Assembly: GCF_030684315.1 (NCBI RefSeq) | Contig: NC_081397.1 | Coordinates: 13,602,421-13,666,420 of the forward strand | Direction: 5' to 3' | Source of the DNA: Stegostoma tigrinum | Taxonomy: Eukaryota | Length of the DNA: 64,000 bases | Part shown: positions 38,840 to 52,710 of the stretch, piece after piece | Position numbering within the stretch: position 1 is the stretch's first letter | Layout: every line of letters begins with the position of its first letter | Made by a program: the position numbers and the translations under genes | Notes under the pieces: model-generated | Database searches by the model: none | Told to the model about the DNA's origin: nothing | The model's input: the letters and a program-made list of their open reading frames with translations, nothing else

Positions 38840-41800
38840 AACAGGGAAAGCTAGCTCATTGGATTCAAAATTGGCTTGATGGTACAAAGCAGAGGGTGAC
38901 AGTTGAAGATTGTTTCTCGGACTGGAGGCCTGTGACTTGTGGTGTGCCACAGGGATTGGTGCTGGGACCTTTGTTATTTGTTATTGACATAAATGATCTG
39001 GATGTGAATGTGCAAAGCATGATTAGTAAGCTTACAGATGATGCAATGTTAGGCGGTATCGTTCATAGTGGGGAAGGTTATCGAAAATTACAGAGGGATC
39101 TTGATTAGATGGGGAAGTGGGCTAAGGATTGGAAAATGCAATTCAATGCAGATAGGTTTGAGGTGTTGCACTTTGGAATGTCAAACTATAGTAAGCCTTG
39201 TACAGCAAATGGTAACGTCCTGAGTAGTGATGTTGCACAGAGGGTCCAAGGAGTACAGGTACGTAGTATGTTTAAAGCAGTGTCACAGGTGGATAGGGTG
39301 CTGAACAAGGCATGAAGCATGCTGGCCTTCATTGATCGAGGCATTTTGAATAGACTTGGAGTATTGTGTACAGTTTTGGCCACCCTGTTGTAGAAAAGAC
39401 CTAGTTCAACTACAAAGTGTTCAAAGAAGATTTATGCAGGACTAGTGGTCCTGAGTTATAGTGAGATGTTGGCCAGGGTAGGACTTTATTTCTTGGACCG
39501 TAGGAGAATGAAGTGTGACCTTATTCAGACGTATAAAATCATGAGCACCATAGGTCGGATAAATGCATATCGTGTTTGTTTTTTTTCCCCCACAGATGGG
39601 GAATTGAAAACTAGAGGGCACAGGTTTCAGGTGTGAGGGCAAGAATTTAAGAAGGACCTGAGGGGTACCAACTTCACAGAGAGAGTGGAGCACATGTGGA
39701 ATCAGCTGCCAGAGAAAGTTGTTGAGGCAGGCACAATATCAACACTTAAAAAAAAAATGAACATGTACATGGATGGGAAGGATGTAGAGGGATATAATGT
39801 GGGCAGTTGGATCCAGCTGAGTGGGCACCACAGTCATCATGAACCAGTTTGGGCGGAAGGGCCTGTGTCCGAACTGTATTACTATATGACCATAAGACAT
39901 AGGAGCCGAAATCAGGCTATTTGGCCCATCAAGTCTGCTCCGCCATTCAATCATGGCTGAGAAGCTCCTTAAGCCAATTCTCCTTCCTTCTCCCCATAAC
40001 CTTGATCCCCTTGATCATCAAAAACCTATCTATCTCACCCTTAAATGTACACAATAACCCGGCCTCCACAGCCTTCTGTGGCAGTGAATTCCATTGATTC
40101 AGCACTCTCTGGCTGAAGAAGTTTCTCCTTATCTCTGTTCTAAAAGGTCTTCCCTTTACTTGAAGGCTGTGCCCTTGGGTCCTAGTCTCTCCTACCAATG
40201 GAAGGATCTTCCCAACATCCACTCTGTCCAGGCATTCAGTAGTCTAAGTTTTGATTATCATCCTTCTAAACTCCAAAGAGTACAGTCCCAGAATCCTCAA
40301 CATTGCTCATATGTTCAGCTTTTCATTCCTGGGACCATTCTCGTGAACCTCCTCTGAACCTGCTCCAGGGGCAGTACATCCTTCCTGAGATATGAGGCCC
40401 AAAACTGCACATGCTACTTCAAATGTGGCCTGACTCGAGTCTTCTAAAGCCTCATAAGCACATCCTATTTTTTAAACATCTTCAAGACCATAAGTTACAG
40501 GAGTGGAATAAGGCCATTCAGCCCATCAAGCCCACTCCACCATTCAAATCACAGCTGGGCATTTCAACTCCACTTCCCTGCACTCTCCCTGTAGCCCTTG
40601 ATTCCTTGTGAGATCAAGAATTTGTCAATCTCTGCCTTGAAGTCCTGGCAAAATAAATGCCAGTATTGCAGTTGCCTTCCTGACTACTGACTCAAACTGT
40701 GAGTTTACCGTGAGAGATTCCTGGAGTAGAACTCCCAAGTCTCTTTGCACGCAAGACTTCTGAATTTTCTGCCCATTTAGAAAAGAGTCTATGCTTTTAT
40801 TCTGGAGGGAGGATGGTAACTTCTTCGGGTCAGGCATCCCTGGAAGACGCTTTGCAGTGAAGTTAAAATTGTATCAGAGGTAATGGTGACTGCAGATGCT
40901 GGAGAATCCAGACAAACCTCAGGCGATCTCTACCCCACTGCAACTCTCGATTCCCCTCCACCTATCTCCTCCTCTATCCATCTTTGATCCACCTCCCAGT
41001 CTGTCCCTATTTATTTCAGAACCCTCTTGCCCCTCCCACTTTTCTGATATAGGGTCCAGGCCCAAAACGTCAGCTTTTGTGCTCCTGAGATGCTGTTTGG
41101 TCTGCTGTGTTCATCCAGCTCCACACTTTTTTTAAAATCTCGGATGCTCCAGCATCTGCAGTTATCATTATCTCTCATGCTTTTATTCTCCTTAGCCAAG
41201 TGCATGACCTCACACTTTCCCACATTGTACTCCATCTACCACTTCTTTGCCCACTCTCCTAACCTGTCCAATTCATACTGCAGCCTCAGCACCTCAATAC
41301 TACCTGTCACTCTACCTATTGTTGTATCATCTGCAAACGTAGTCAGAATGCAAACAGTTCCTTCATCCAGATCATTAATGTATAAAGCATGCCTTTTATC
41401 CCCACTCTCTGCTTTCTGCCAGGCAGCTAATCTTCTATCCATGCTAGCACCATGGGCCCTTATGTTACTCAACAGCCTCCTGTGCGGCAGCTTACCAAAG
41501 GGCTTTTTGAAGCCCAGGTAGATAACATCCATTGGCTCTCCTTGGTCTACCCTGCTTGTTACTTCCTTAAAGAATTTAAGCAGATTTGGCAGGCATGACT
41601 TTCCCTTGATGAAACTGTGCCTGGAGTGTTGGAGGCTGTGTTTATAAAATTTCGTGGTGTGGAAAGGGTGCATAATCAAGATCTTTTCCCCAGGATAGAA
41701 GAATGCAAAATGAGAGGGCATGGGTTTAAGTGAGTGGGAAAGACTTAAAATGAATCAAAGGTGTGCAATATTTGCACACAGAGTGGTGTGTGAATGGGTT

Positions 41801-41985
41801 GAATGCCAAAAGAAGTGTTGGAGGCTCTTACAACTACAACGTTTAAAAGGCATCTGGATGAGTATATGAATAGGAAGTGTTTCGTGGGATATGGACCAAA
41901 TGCTAGTAAATGGAACTAGATTAATCTCGGATATCTGCTTTCCATGGACGAGGTGGACCCTGTACATCTCTCGGACTGTATGACT
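38840..41985. mobile_element. Nest of decayed CR1 fragments (+ 38840-39890, - 39893-41620, + 41620-41985) with a PLE short insert at ~40880-41170
   Basis: GVPQGLVLGP, FADDTTIG, KCEVMHL, RRNFFSQRVLNQWNSLP motifs. Confidence 0.85.
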
Positions 41986-42389
41986 GGGACTGATTTAGGA
42001 GAGAATAATCATCATAATACTGCCTAAACAGACAGGGACAGATCGAGAACTGCACTCCCATTCCCACAATGCAGAGACTGACAGATATTCGGCAAAGTGT
42101 CCCTCAATAAACCCGAATGTCTGAACAATACAATCCTGCCCACAGCCGAATAAGGAAATCTCAGCTAGTGATGAAACAAGGTAACGTTTTACTCACAAAA
42201 GATTACCATGAGCAGAATAAAACACCCTGTCACAATTAAAATCTCGGAGGTAGTGTTCAAAATATTAGTGGATGACAGTAACCAGTTCAACTGCAAGGGA
42301 GCGAGGAATTTGATCCGTGTACAAATTTTCGGTTTGTGTTTCACATTTCGTTGTCGATCCGAACAGATCCACTTTGTGTTTCACACTAA

Positions 42390-42502
42390 CCAATCACAGA
42401 AAGGCTAATCACATGGTGTGACATTCTTGTAAAGTACCCAATCAGGAACAAGACTTTTCCCCCATCCCTTATTAGCATTGCTGACGCGGTCAGGCTATAA
42501 AA
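42390..42502 (+). promoter_or_regulatory. H2B promoter: CCAAT 42390 and 42438, variant octamer ATTAGCAT 42471-42478, TATAAAA 42496
   Basis: CCTTATTAGCAT sits at the position of the H2B box (canonical CCTTATTTGCAT). Confidence 0.8.
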
Positions 42503-42555
42503 TGCGAGCTCCGAGCCTGCTTCCGTTTATTGTGTGTCTGAAAACGATCGTGACG

Positions 42556-42936
42556 ATGCCGGATGAGAAGAAAGCGCAGGCAACTTCCAAGAAGGGCGCC
42601 AAGAAAATCATCAAGAAGGCGCCGGGGAAAGGCGGCAAGACAAAGAAACGATCCAGGAAAGAAAGTTACGCCATCTACATCTATAAAGTGATGAAGCAGG
42701 TTCACCCCGACACCGGCATCTCCTCCAAGGCGATGAGCATCATGAACTCGTTCGTCAAGGATATTTTCGAGCGTATCGCGGGGGAGGCTTCCCGCCTGGC
42801 CCATTACAACAAGCGCAGGACCATCAGCTCCCGGGAGATCCAGACCGCGGTGCGGCTGCTGCTGCCCGGGGAGCTGGCCAAGCACGCCGTGTCGGAGGGT
42901 ACAAAGGCGGTGACCAAGTACACCAGCTCCAAGTGA
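42556..42936 (+). CDS. Histone H2B (126 aa)
   Basis: MPDEKK...[27 protein letters not shown]...AVTKYTSSK; ATG at 42556 downstream of the TATA. Confidence 0.98.
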   Translation: MPDEKKAQATSKKGAKKIIKKAPGKGGKTKKRSRKESYAIYIYKVMKQVHPDTGISSKAMSIMNSFVKDIFERIAGEASRLAHYNKRRTISSREIQTAVRLLLPGELAKHAVSEGTKAVTKYTSSK

Positions 42937-42977
42937 GACCCCACATTGTGCTGAAAAAAACACATCCAAAACCCAAC

Positions 42978-42993
42978 GGCTCTTTTCAGAGCC
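42978..42993 (+). terminator. Histone stem-loop of H2B
   Basis: GGCTCTTTTCAGAGCC followed by ACCCA. Confidence 0.96.
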
Positions 42994-44565
42994 ACCCACA
43001 ATTTCAATGAAGCAGTTGAACCATTTTTCGTTTGTAAATGATTCTCGGTATCTATAATTAATGTCTCTAATCTTTATCTTTGTTTACACAAACGTTCTAA
43101 ACATTAACGTGCGGTCCCTGTCCCTCTGTCGGTTAGTTTCGGTTCCCTTCCTACCCAGTCTCTCCTCCCTCCCTGTGCAGAAAGCACATTCATCGTCACT
43201 CAGTCATTTTTTTTTCAACAACTCCTATGTGTTCCAGTTATTATTTACCCCTTGATCAGGAATGATCGAGTCCCACGAACAGATGTTGGGGGATACTTGT
43301 CATTGACGATTTCAGCTGTCGGTGAGAGGCTTTCAAAATGAACTGCGATAAAGCCAGAGCCAGGATTGCAGTCGCAAGTGTGAAACTGTGTTCAAGGACA
43401 ATATGGGAGGGCAACTTCAAACTATTGTTTCAAGTTTTAACCCGTTCACCCCGAAAAACGTTGTGTAAGTTTTTAGAAATACATCAGCGTGCACTTGTAA
43501 TGTGAAATTGAATTAAATTCAAAGAAAAATTAAACTGTTTATTCCTCTTTGTGAAACTTTTCCCCCCTATATCCTACATGTTGGTTTTTTTTTCAAATTT
43601 GTCCCAATAGGGTATGAACGCTGGATTTCACCCGTGGCAATGAAAAATTATGATCTCTTATTTGAGTCCCATTAAGAGAAATGCCGCGCGATTCCTTTTT
43701 CAATTTCCAAATCTGTCAGGGAATTTATCCGATTTTTTTTCAGTTTGCAGTGTGTGGGGCTTTCTGCTGTCGGTGAGAGGCTTTCAAAATGAACCGAGAC
43801 CGTCCGGAAAGACTGATCCAGCACAATAAGTGAGGGCTATTTTACAATGTTTTCTGGAAACGGTGTTGCTTAGGGAGTGACAGAGAGAGATTATGTGAAG
43901 TGAACATTTTTAACTGAAAGGAAATTAAATCGTAAGCATTAACGCAAAAATCCTTGTAAAGCCTCTTCCTCGTATTGCCCATGTTGGCGGGCTTTTCAAA
44001 TCGGACAGAAAACGGTTGATGATTTGGCGCCGGTATTTTCCTACGGTTTCCACGCAGAGGAATTTTGTTTTATTGTCAAATCTCCCCGCGGGTTCTATCC
44101 GGTTTTGCAGAAAGCTATAAATGAGGCTTTCTGCTGTCGGCGGAAAAATTTCCAAGTGAACTGAGATAAAAGCAGAACAGCTGCAGGACTGGCATCGCAA
44201 AAGTAGAAACATTGTTGATCTTGTGCAATAGGGAGCGAGATTGTAAAATATTGTTTAAAGCAGTATTGAGTTCAACGAGAAAGAAACAGTTGTGTGACAC
44301 TTTTATCATTATATCCGGGTGTAGATGTGAATTAAATTCAATCTGTGCAGAGAATAACTTTCGGCGGGCTTTTCTTTCCCCCTTCCGCTTAATGTTAAGT
44401 TTTTTCGCGGGGTGGTGGGGAATTCAAGATCAAAAATAGTTGGTTTCAACTCGGCCGGGAAATCAGAGAGAGATGGTGTTGACGTATATAAGTGTATTTT
44501 AAAAGTAAATTATCTGAAGTATGAACGGATTCTTCTTTGTAAAACTTCTCCCCATTTCGAAATTA

Positions 44566-45210
<645 letters not shown>

Positions 45211-45238
45211 AGACACTTCTTGAATCTGACAACCCAAA

Positions 45239-45254
45239 GGCTCTTTTAAGAGCC
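45239..45254 (+). terminator. Histone stem-loop of H2A copy 2
   Basis: GGCTCTTTTAAGAGCC followed by ACCCA. Confidence 0.96.
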
Positions 45255-45955
45255 ACCCACAACATCAGTGAAAAGCAGCTAGACTTTCACTGCTGGCTAA
45301 CTAATTTTCATTTTATGTGCAAACACGGTCCTCTAAACGCGCAAAAATCATCCCTTTTGTTTTCGCTTTAACAGTGATAAAACTAGAACGGGACGAATAA
45401 AGTTGGAGGGTTTGCTGCAGGGACAGCGACTGCGACTTTAAATAGTGACTCAAAGCGGTATCCCCATCCAGTCAACATGAGACATGGAATAGCTCGGCCC
45501 CAGAAAGATGCCATGCGAGACAGAACCGACCATCCTCAGAGGATCGAATACACTTGTGGGAGATTGGGCAAAATTTCGATTGCATGGCCAAAACTACAAA
45601 AATCATTTGTATAATGTGGCGGGTTTTGAAATTGGCGATTGTTTCCCACCCTCCTTTTCCGGCAAGTTCAGTTACAGCTGGGGAAACGCCACGGGAAGCG
45701 ATTCCCACACAGGCGGTTCAATTGGAAATGTATCAATTATAAAGGGTGGAATGCAGTACTTGAATTTGTTGTGATTACTGAAAATTTATAAACCTGATTG
45801 TCCCGAGTTGCCTCGTCTTCAATATGAATTCGTGCATCCCAGACCCATTCATTTTCTGTAACTCTTGTTGCATTGAGACATCAATAGCATGCTGTGCGAT
45901 GACATTAACTAAAGTCCAGTGCCTGACGATTGCTGCTCTCTCGGGACAGTTTAGT

Positions 45956-45971
45956 GGCTCTGAAAAGAGCC
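45956..45971 (-). terminator. Histone stem-loop of H3 copy 2
   Basis: Reverse complement GGCTCTTTTCAGAGCC. Confidence 0.96.
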
Positions 45972-46015
45972 GTTGTGTTTCTCGGGGTGAATGTACAGGG
46001 CCGGGCACGCTCCGT

Positions 46016-46450
<435 letters not shown>

Positions 46451-46982
46451 CTACTCTCAATACTGATCCTGCTGCGGCGCTGCCTATTTATGGGAATGGA
46501 GAGCCCGCCCTAGAGCTGGGATTGGATACAGTCCCGTCCCTCAAATCTCCGAGAAACAGCCACTGAAGGACAGAAAAGGCAGTAAAATAATTATTGGAGG
46601 CTGATTGGTTAACTTGAAATGACAGTTGGTCAATTTCAAATCGCCCGCCGATTTCAGCCTGAGCTTACATAATATTAAAAAGTAAAGTCCCATGCGCCTG
46701 CGCCTAAGATTATATCTTATGCTTTACAAAATTTTCTTGTGAACCTAACTTGCAGTCAGCGCGGAGAGGGCTCTGAATCATTTCCTGACCATCTCTGACA
46801 GGATGGGGTAATGAACACGCCACAAAAACCTCGGCACGGCTACCAGAATCAAAACTGAACAAATTATCATTCCTGGGAGCGTCAATGAAGTACAAACACG
46901 GTAATATGTATGATTAGCGCCTGGGTCCAAAATTACGGACAGAGCAAATTATTATTCATGGTATGGACAGCTGGTGTTATTA

Positions 46983-47110
46983 TTCTGATGAAGGGTCTAG
47001 GCCCGAAACGTCAGCTTTTGTGCTCCTGAGATGCTGCTGGGCCTGCTGTGTTCATCCAGCCTCACATTTTATTATCTTGGATTCTCCAGCATCTGCAGTT
47101 CCCATTATCA
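46983..47110 (+). mobile_element. 128-bp PLE-derived element starting at a minimal hammerhead core (46985-47012), with 12-bp TSD
   Basis: ctggtgttatta at 46971-46982 and 47111-47122; CTGATGA-AGGG-tctagg-CCC-GAAA-CGTC. Confidence 0.85.
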
Positions 47111-47473
47111 CTGGTGTTATTACTGATATTCTGGTATTCACATGGAAGAGAATCAAAGATTTAGGGTTGAGAAACAGATCAGCCATGGTCGCATGACGGA
47201 GCCGGCCGCTCCTTCTGTATCTGACATAACCAGCTGCAGAACCATATCGTCTCGACTGGCCGTGAAACCTCTTATCTGTAGTGTGGGGATATCTTGATTA
47301 TAAAACACGTTACTGCAGAGTATAATTTAACAATCGCCCTCTCTCTCTTGCAACGCGGGACACGAAGTTAATATATTTCCTAAAGGATTGATACAAAATT
47401 AAAAGTCGCTGCACCAGCCCAATGTGCTGGTTCCCCATCCTCAGGTCTCCGCTCTCAGGCGGAGGGTTTGGGT

Positions 47474-47489
47474 GGCTCTGAAAAGAGCC
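47474..47489 (-). terminator. Histone stem-loop of H4
   Basis: Reverse complement GGCTCTTTTCAGAGCC followed by ACCCA. Confidence 0.96.
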
Positions 47490-47519
47490 TTTGGGTTCGC
47501 TGGAAAAGGGTCGATTTGC

Positions 47520-47840
<321 letters not shown>

Positions 47841-47885
47841 TCACTCCAATCGCTGCCGAGTGAGAGCCGAGCTGCCTCACCTTCC

Positions 47886-47916
47886 TTTTTTATACAGCCC
47901 GCCCCGACCTGACTGA
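47886..47916 (-). promoter_or_regulatory. H4 promoter: site II-like TCAGTCAGGTCG, GC box, TATAAAA
   Basis: Minus strand tcagtcaggtcggggcgggctgtataaaaaa; resembles TCANNNNGGTCC. Confidence 0.7.
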
Positions 47917-49319
47917 GAAAGAGCTGACAGGGAGTGAGAGGCGGCCCGGGCAGTAAACTGAGTCACAGACAGAGAAATGTCCAGCTCCGCCTCCAGCTTA
48001 CTGCCGCCCCCAACTGGATCTGGAACTAAACCTTTTCTCCACAAGGGCAGTGAACACAAGGCCCGGCAGAAAACCTGCAGACTCAAACTGATGTTCAAAG
48101 ATAATAAAACCTGGATATTTTAAAAGCAAGATGACAAAGTATGAAGCTGGATGAACACAGCAGGCCAAGCAGCATCTCAGGAGCACAAAACCTGATATCA
48201 CTGATACAATTTTAAAAGCAGTTGTGAAACAATTAAAAGCCCATGTCCTGTCCTTTCTTTCAGAAGACAGCATGTCAGCTTCCATTTCACAGATAGCAGG
48301 AACTGCAGATGCTGTAGAATCCGACAAAGTCAGTTTCCAGTGCTCCCGGTGAATCAGACAAAATCATTTCTTGGTCACTGTGTTGTGAAGCGGGGTTTCT
48401 GCACCAGTGTTACTGTCTCCCTGAATATGTGAAATAGAAATGGACAGGAACTGAAACTGACTTTTACACAGCCATCATAACAAAGTGTGGGGCTGGATGA
48501 ACACAGCAGGCCAAGCAGCATCTTAGGAGCACAAAAGCTGACATTTTGGGCTGAGACCCTTCATCCAGCCATTTCACTTTCCACAACTATGTCACATTCC
48601 TCAATGACTGCCTCTGGCTCAGGCTCACCCCACGTGGATTACAACTCAAGTTTCATCCCTCATGTTTTGAATCCTCCCAGGAGCATAGATACCTCCATAA
48701 TGTTCAACGTTTCACGGACAGCTGCTCTCACCACATCCTGAGATCCACCCTAAGTGCCATGTGGCGGCACATGCATACTCTCAACCTCTCTCTCCAACAG
48801 CATTGTAACACACTGGCTCAGGGCTGCTCCACTCCCCAGTTCCACTTCATCCTCTGACTCATTCGTCGTGCTAACAAGGGACTTTTTTTTCTTTTCCTTT
48901 CAGGCAATAAGGCCCACAAGATGCACCAACTCAAAAATACCCATGGCTTTCTGGAACATACCTCTCCTTCCCTCCCTTCTGACTCTCTCCCCTCCCCCAA
49001 ACTCCCCACCTCCTGCCGGGTATTCACCATCCCTCCTAACCTTCTGCTCTCCGATGCTGAATGCTCTGTACTCAACAAAGGCCTCAGCTTTATCTCTCTG
49101 CGTCCAGTTCTGAGGAAGAGGCACTGGGCCGAATCGTTAACTCTTTTTTTTTCCTCCATAGATGCTGCCAAACCTGAGTTTTTCCAACTACTTTGTTTTT
49201 GTTCATGAACTGCAACTGCACCCGAACTGATGGTCAGTGAAAATGAGAGGGGGAACCTCACACTGATTCATTGCAGAATGTGTGAGAAGAGCTGGGTGTA
49301 ATGAAGCCGAGAAAGTGTG

Positions 49320-49518
49320 CTTTGAGTTATTCAAATCAATTAATGTCCATATCTCCACTTGGAACTGGGACAGGGATCCTTTGATCCGGGCCCAGCTCTT
49401 TCCTGAGAGATGTTGGTGTCTCTGACAGGAGCCTTTGGCTTCAGGTGGTTTCATGTTGCACTGACGGGTTCATTTCTTTGCTGCTTTCTTGGTAACTTTG
49501 GTTTTCGGCTTGGCGTTC
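49320..49518 (-). pseudogene. H1 3' remnant (AKPKTKVTKKAAKK*, broken stem-loop 49418-49433, downstream flank)
   Basis: Homologous to the H1 C-terminus and 3' flank at 23641-24040; stem-loop reads GGCTCCTGTCAGAGAC. Confidence 0.85.
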
Positions 49519-49831
49519 GCTTCAGTGAGCGTTTCCAATGTTTTCAATTGTATTTGCTCCTCCTGCTCTGACAGTGAACAGTACAAAATCAATCCCAACC
49601 GGAGATCTGCTGTTCTCCACTGAACAGAGACACACAGGCAGTGTAGTTTCTCAGCATGGGGGGATGTAGCTAACCACTGGTCAAGGTGAGTGTGTGCCCG
49701 GACAGACTTTCCGAGAGGAGAAGGAATAGTGATGACCGCACTGTAATACAGGAGGATTGTTCTCAGTGTCAGCGCAACATGTCCAATTCTGTTCACTATC
49801 ACTTACATTAACCTATACAATACCAGAGAGA

Positions 49832-51328
49832 ATAAAATGTGAGGATGGATGAACACAGCAGGCCAAGCAGCATCTCAGGAGCACAAAAGTTGACGTTTCG
49901 GCCCTAGACCCTTCATCAGAGAGGGGGATGGGGAGAGGGAACTGGAATAAATAGGGAGAGAGGGGGAGGCGGACCGAAGATGGAGAGTAAAGAAGATAGG
50001 TGGAGAGAGTATAGGTGGGGAGGTAGGGAGGGGATAGGTCAGTCCAGGGAAGATGGACAGGTCAAGGAGGTGGGATGAGGTTAGTAGGTAGATGGGGGTG
50101 CGGCTTGGGGTGGGAGGAAGGGATGGGTGAGAGGAAGAACCGGTTAGGGAGGCAGAGACAGGTTGGACTGGTTTTGGGATGCAGTGGGTGGGGGGGAAGA
50201 GCTGGGCTGGTTGTGAGGTGCAGTGGGGGGAGGGGACGAACTGGGCTGGTTTAGGGATGCAGTTGGGGAAGGGGAGATTTTGAAACTGGTGAAGTCCACA
50301 TTGATACCATTTGGCTGCAGGGTTCCCAGGCGGAATATGAGTTGCAGTCCCTGCAACCTTCAGGGGGCATCATTGTGGCACTGCAGGAGGCCCATGATGG
50401 ACATGTCATCTAAAGAATGGGAGGGGGAGTGGAACTGGTTTGCGACTGGGAGGTGCAGTTGTTTGTTGCGAACTGACCGGAGGTGTTCTGCAAAGTGGTC
50501 TCCAAGCCTCCGCTTGGTTTCCCCAATGTAGAGGAAGCCACACCGGGTACAGTGGATGCAGTATACCACATTGGCAGATGTGCAGGTGAACCTCTGTTTA
50601 ATGTGGAATGTCACCGTGGGGCCTGTGATAGGGGTGAGGGAGGAGGTGTCGGCTACACTTGCCTCCCAGTCGCAAACCATTTCCACTCTCCCTCCCATTC
50701 TTTAGATGACACGTCCATCATGGGCCTCCTGCAGTGCCACAATGATGCCACCCGAAGGTTGCAGGAACAGCAACTCATATTCCGCCTGGGAACCCTGCAG
50801 CCTCATGGTATCAATGTGGACTTCACCAGTTTCAAAATCTCCCCTTCCCCAACTGCATCCCTAAACCAGCCCAGTTCGTCCCCTCCCCCCACTGCACCAC
50901 ACAACCAGCCCAGCTCTTCCCCCCCCCACCACCCACTGCATTCCAAAACCAGTCCAACCTGTCTCTGCCTCCCTAACTGGTTCTTCCTCTCACCCATCCC
51001 TTCCTCCCACCCCAAGCCGCACCCCCATCTACCTACTAACCTCATCCCACCTCCTTGACCTGTCCGTCTTCCCTGGACTGACCTATCCCCTCCCTACCTC
51101 CCCACCTATACTCTCTCCACCTATCTTCTTGACTCTCCATCTTCGGTCCGCCTCCCCCTCTCTCCCTATTTATTCCAGTTCCCTCTCCCCATCCCCCTCT
51201 CTGATGAAGGGTCTAGGGCCGAAACGTCAGCTTTTGTGCTCCTGAGATGCTGCTTGGCCTGCTGTCTTCATCCAGCCTCACATTTTATTATCTTGGTATT
51301 CTCCAGCATCTGCAGTTCCCATTATCTC
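49832..51328. mobile_element. Single PLE insertion made of two inverted 3' ends (GIY-YIG remnant plus hammerhead), with 14-bp TSD
   Basis: 49832-50453 is the reverse complement of ~50662-51290; caataccagagaga at 49818-49831 and 51329-51342. Confidence 0.92.
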
Positions 51329-51344
51329 CAATACCAGAGAGATT

Positions 51345-52100
51345 CGGGATTGTAGTCGGGGTTGTAGTGATAGACCTTGCTGTTAGGGTGGATGGAGGCT
51401 CTATCAAGTCTGATCAGTGTGTGTGAGGGTAAAACTGTGTCACAGAGTCGTGCAGCAAGGCATCCTTTGACTTGGGCCTCAGCATCATTGTATCCTCCAC
51501 TGTCAACATCCTGGGAGCTACCATGAAGGACAAATTGAACCGGACTCATCCGATAAATGCAATGGCTACAATAACAGGGCCAAGGCTATGGATACTGCAG
51601 CAAGTAACTTCCCTCCTGATTTCTCAAACCTGTCCAAAATCTCCAACATTCAAGTCAGGAATGTAAAGGTTTCCCCTCTGTAGCCCCCATTACCTGTATT
51701 AGTGCAGCTCCAACTGCACACGGCAAGCAAGGTACTATCCATGAAAAAGCTGCTCCTGGTTAATTGGCACCACATTCACAAACATCCACTCTCTCAAATA
51801 TAAAATTAGATAGCACCTTCCAAACCCACAACTACTTCCATCTTGAAAGACAGCAGCCGCAGGTTCATGGGAACTGCATGATCTGCAAGATCTTCTCCAA
51901 GACACTCACCATCCTGACTTGGAAGTATATTGGCCGTTCAGTCTGTGTCAATCCGTGAAAATCCTGCAATTCCCTTACTAATGGCCATGCCGGTCTACCT
52001 GCAGCTCAGAGACTGCAACGGTTCAGGAAGGCAGTTCACTACCACCTTCTCACGGGCATTTCAGGAGGGTCAATCAACGCTCAGACCAGTCAGTGATGTC
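51345..52100 (+). mobile_element. Decayed non-LTR retrotransposon 3' fragment (same family at ~26290-26520)
   Basis: Shared accatcctgacttggaa...cggttcaggaaggcagttcactaccaccttctc tail; clade not assigned. Confidence 0.55.
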
Positions 52101-52179
52101 CACAGCTGACATTTTTTTCTTTGAAATGTCTGCATTATTCTTGCCCAGTAACAAAGACTGTCCAAATTCTCTTAAAACA

Positions 52180-52710
52180 CCCAGTTGTGAAACAAAGCAT
52201 AGACTGGGTAATCATTTTGCACAACATCTATGTTCTGCTTGCAAAAAAGACCTTGAACTTCCTGTTGCCTGTCACTTTAATGCACCACCCCGTTTCCAGT
52301 CCAACATCTCAGTTTCTGTCTTGCTGTAGAGTTCCATTGAAGCTCAACACAAGCTAGAAGAACAACACCTCATCTTCCACTTGGGTCCCTGCAGCCCTCC
52401 AGACCCAGTATCGAGATCAATATTTTTGGGCCTCAACTCTCCCCCTCACAAGGCCTTGTTACCACATACCCTGCCATTATCCACCACCCACTAAGAGTTC
52501 CCATTAATTACTGTTCAACCTCCCAGCCTGATCGTTATCGACTCTGTCCAAATGTTCTTCTCTCTGTTAGGCTCTATCCTAACATTTATTCCAAACCCAT
52601 CACACTCCCCTTTTATCTGCATATAAACTGACATTTTCCCAGCCACCATCAATTCTGCAGAAAGGTCACTGGACGCAGAATGTTAATTTTGTTTCTTTTT
52701 CCTTCTTAGA
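52180..52710 (+). mobile_element. Degraded PLE 3' fragment
   Basis: ETKHRLGNHFAQHL...LPVACHFN remnant. Confidence 0.7.

Noticed and set aside
49601-49620. 20-nt AG/GT-flanked mini-exon reminiscent of TRIM/butyrophilin small exons
   Set aside because: Too short to distinguish from chance; no accompanying domains in the window
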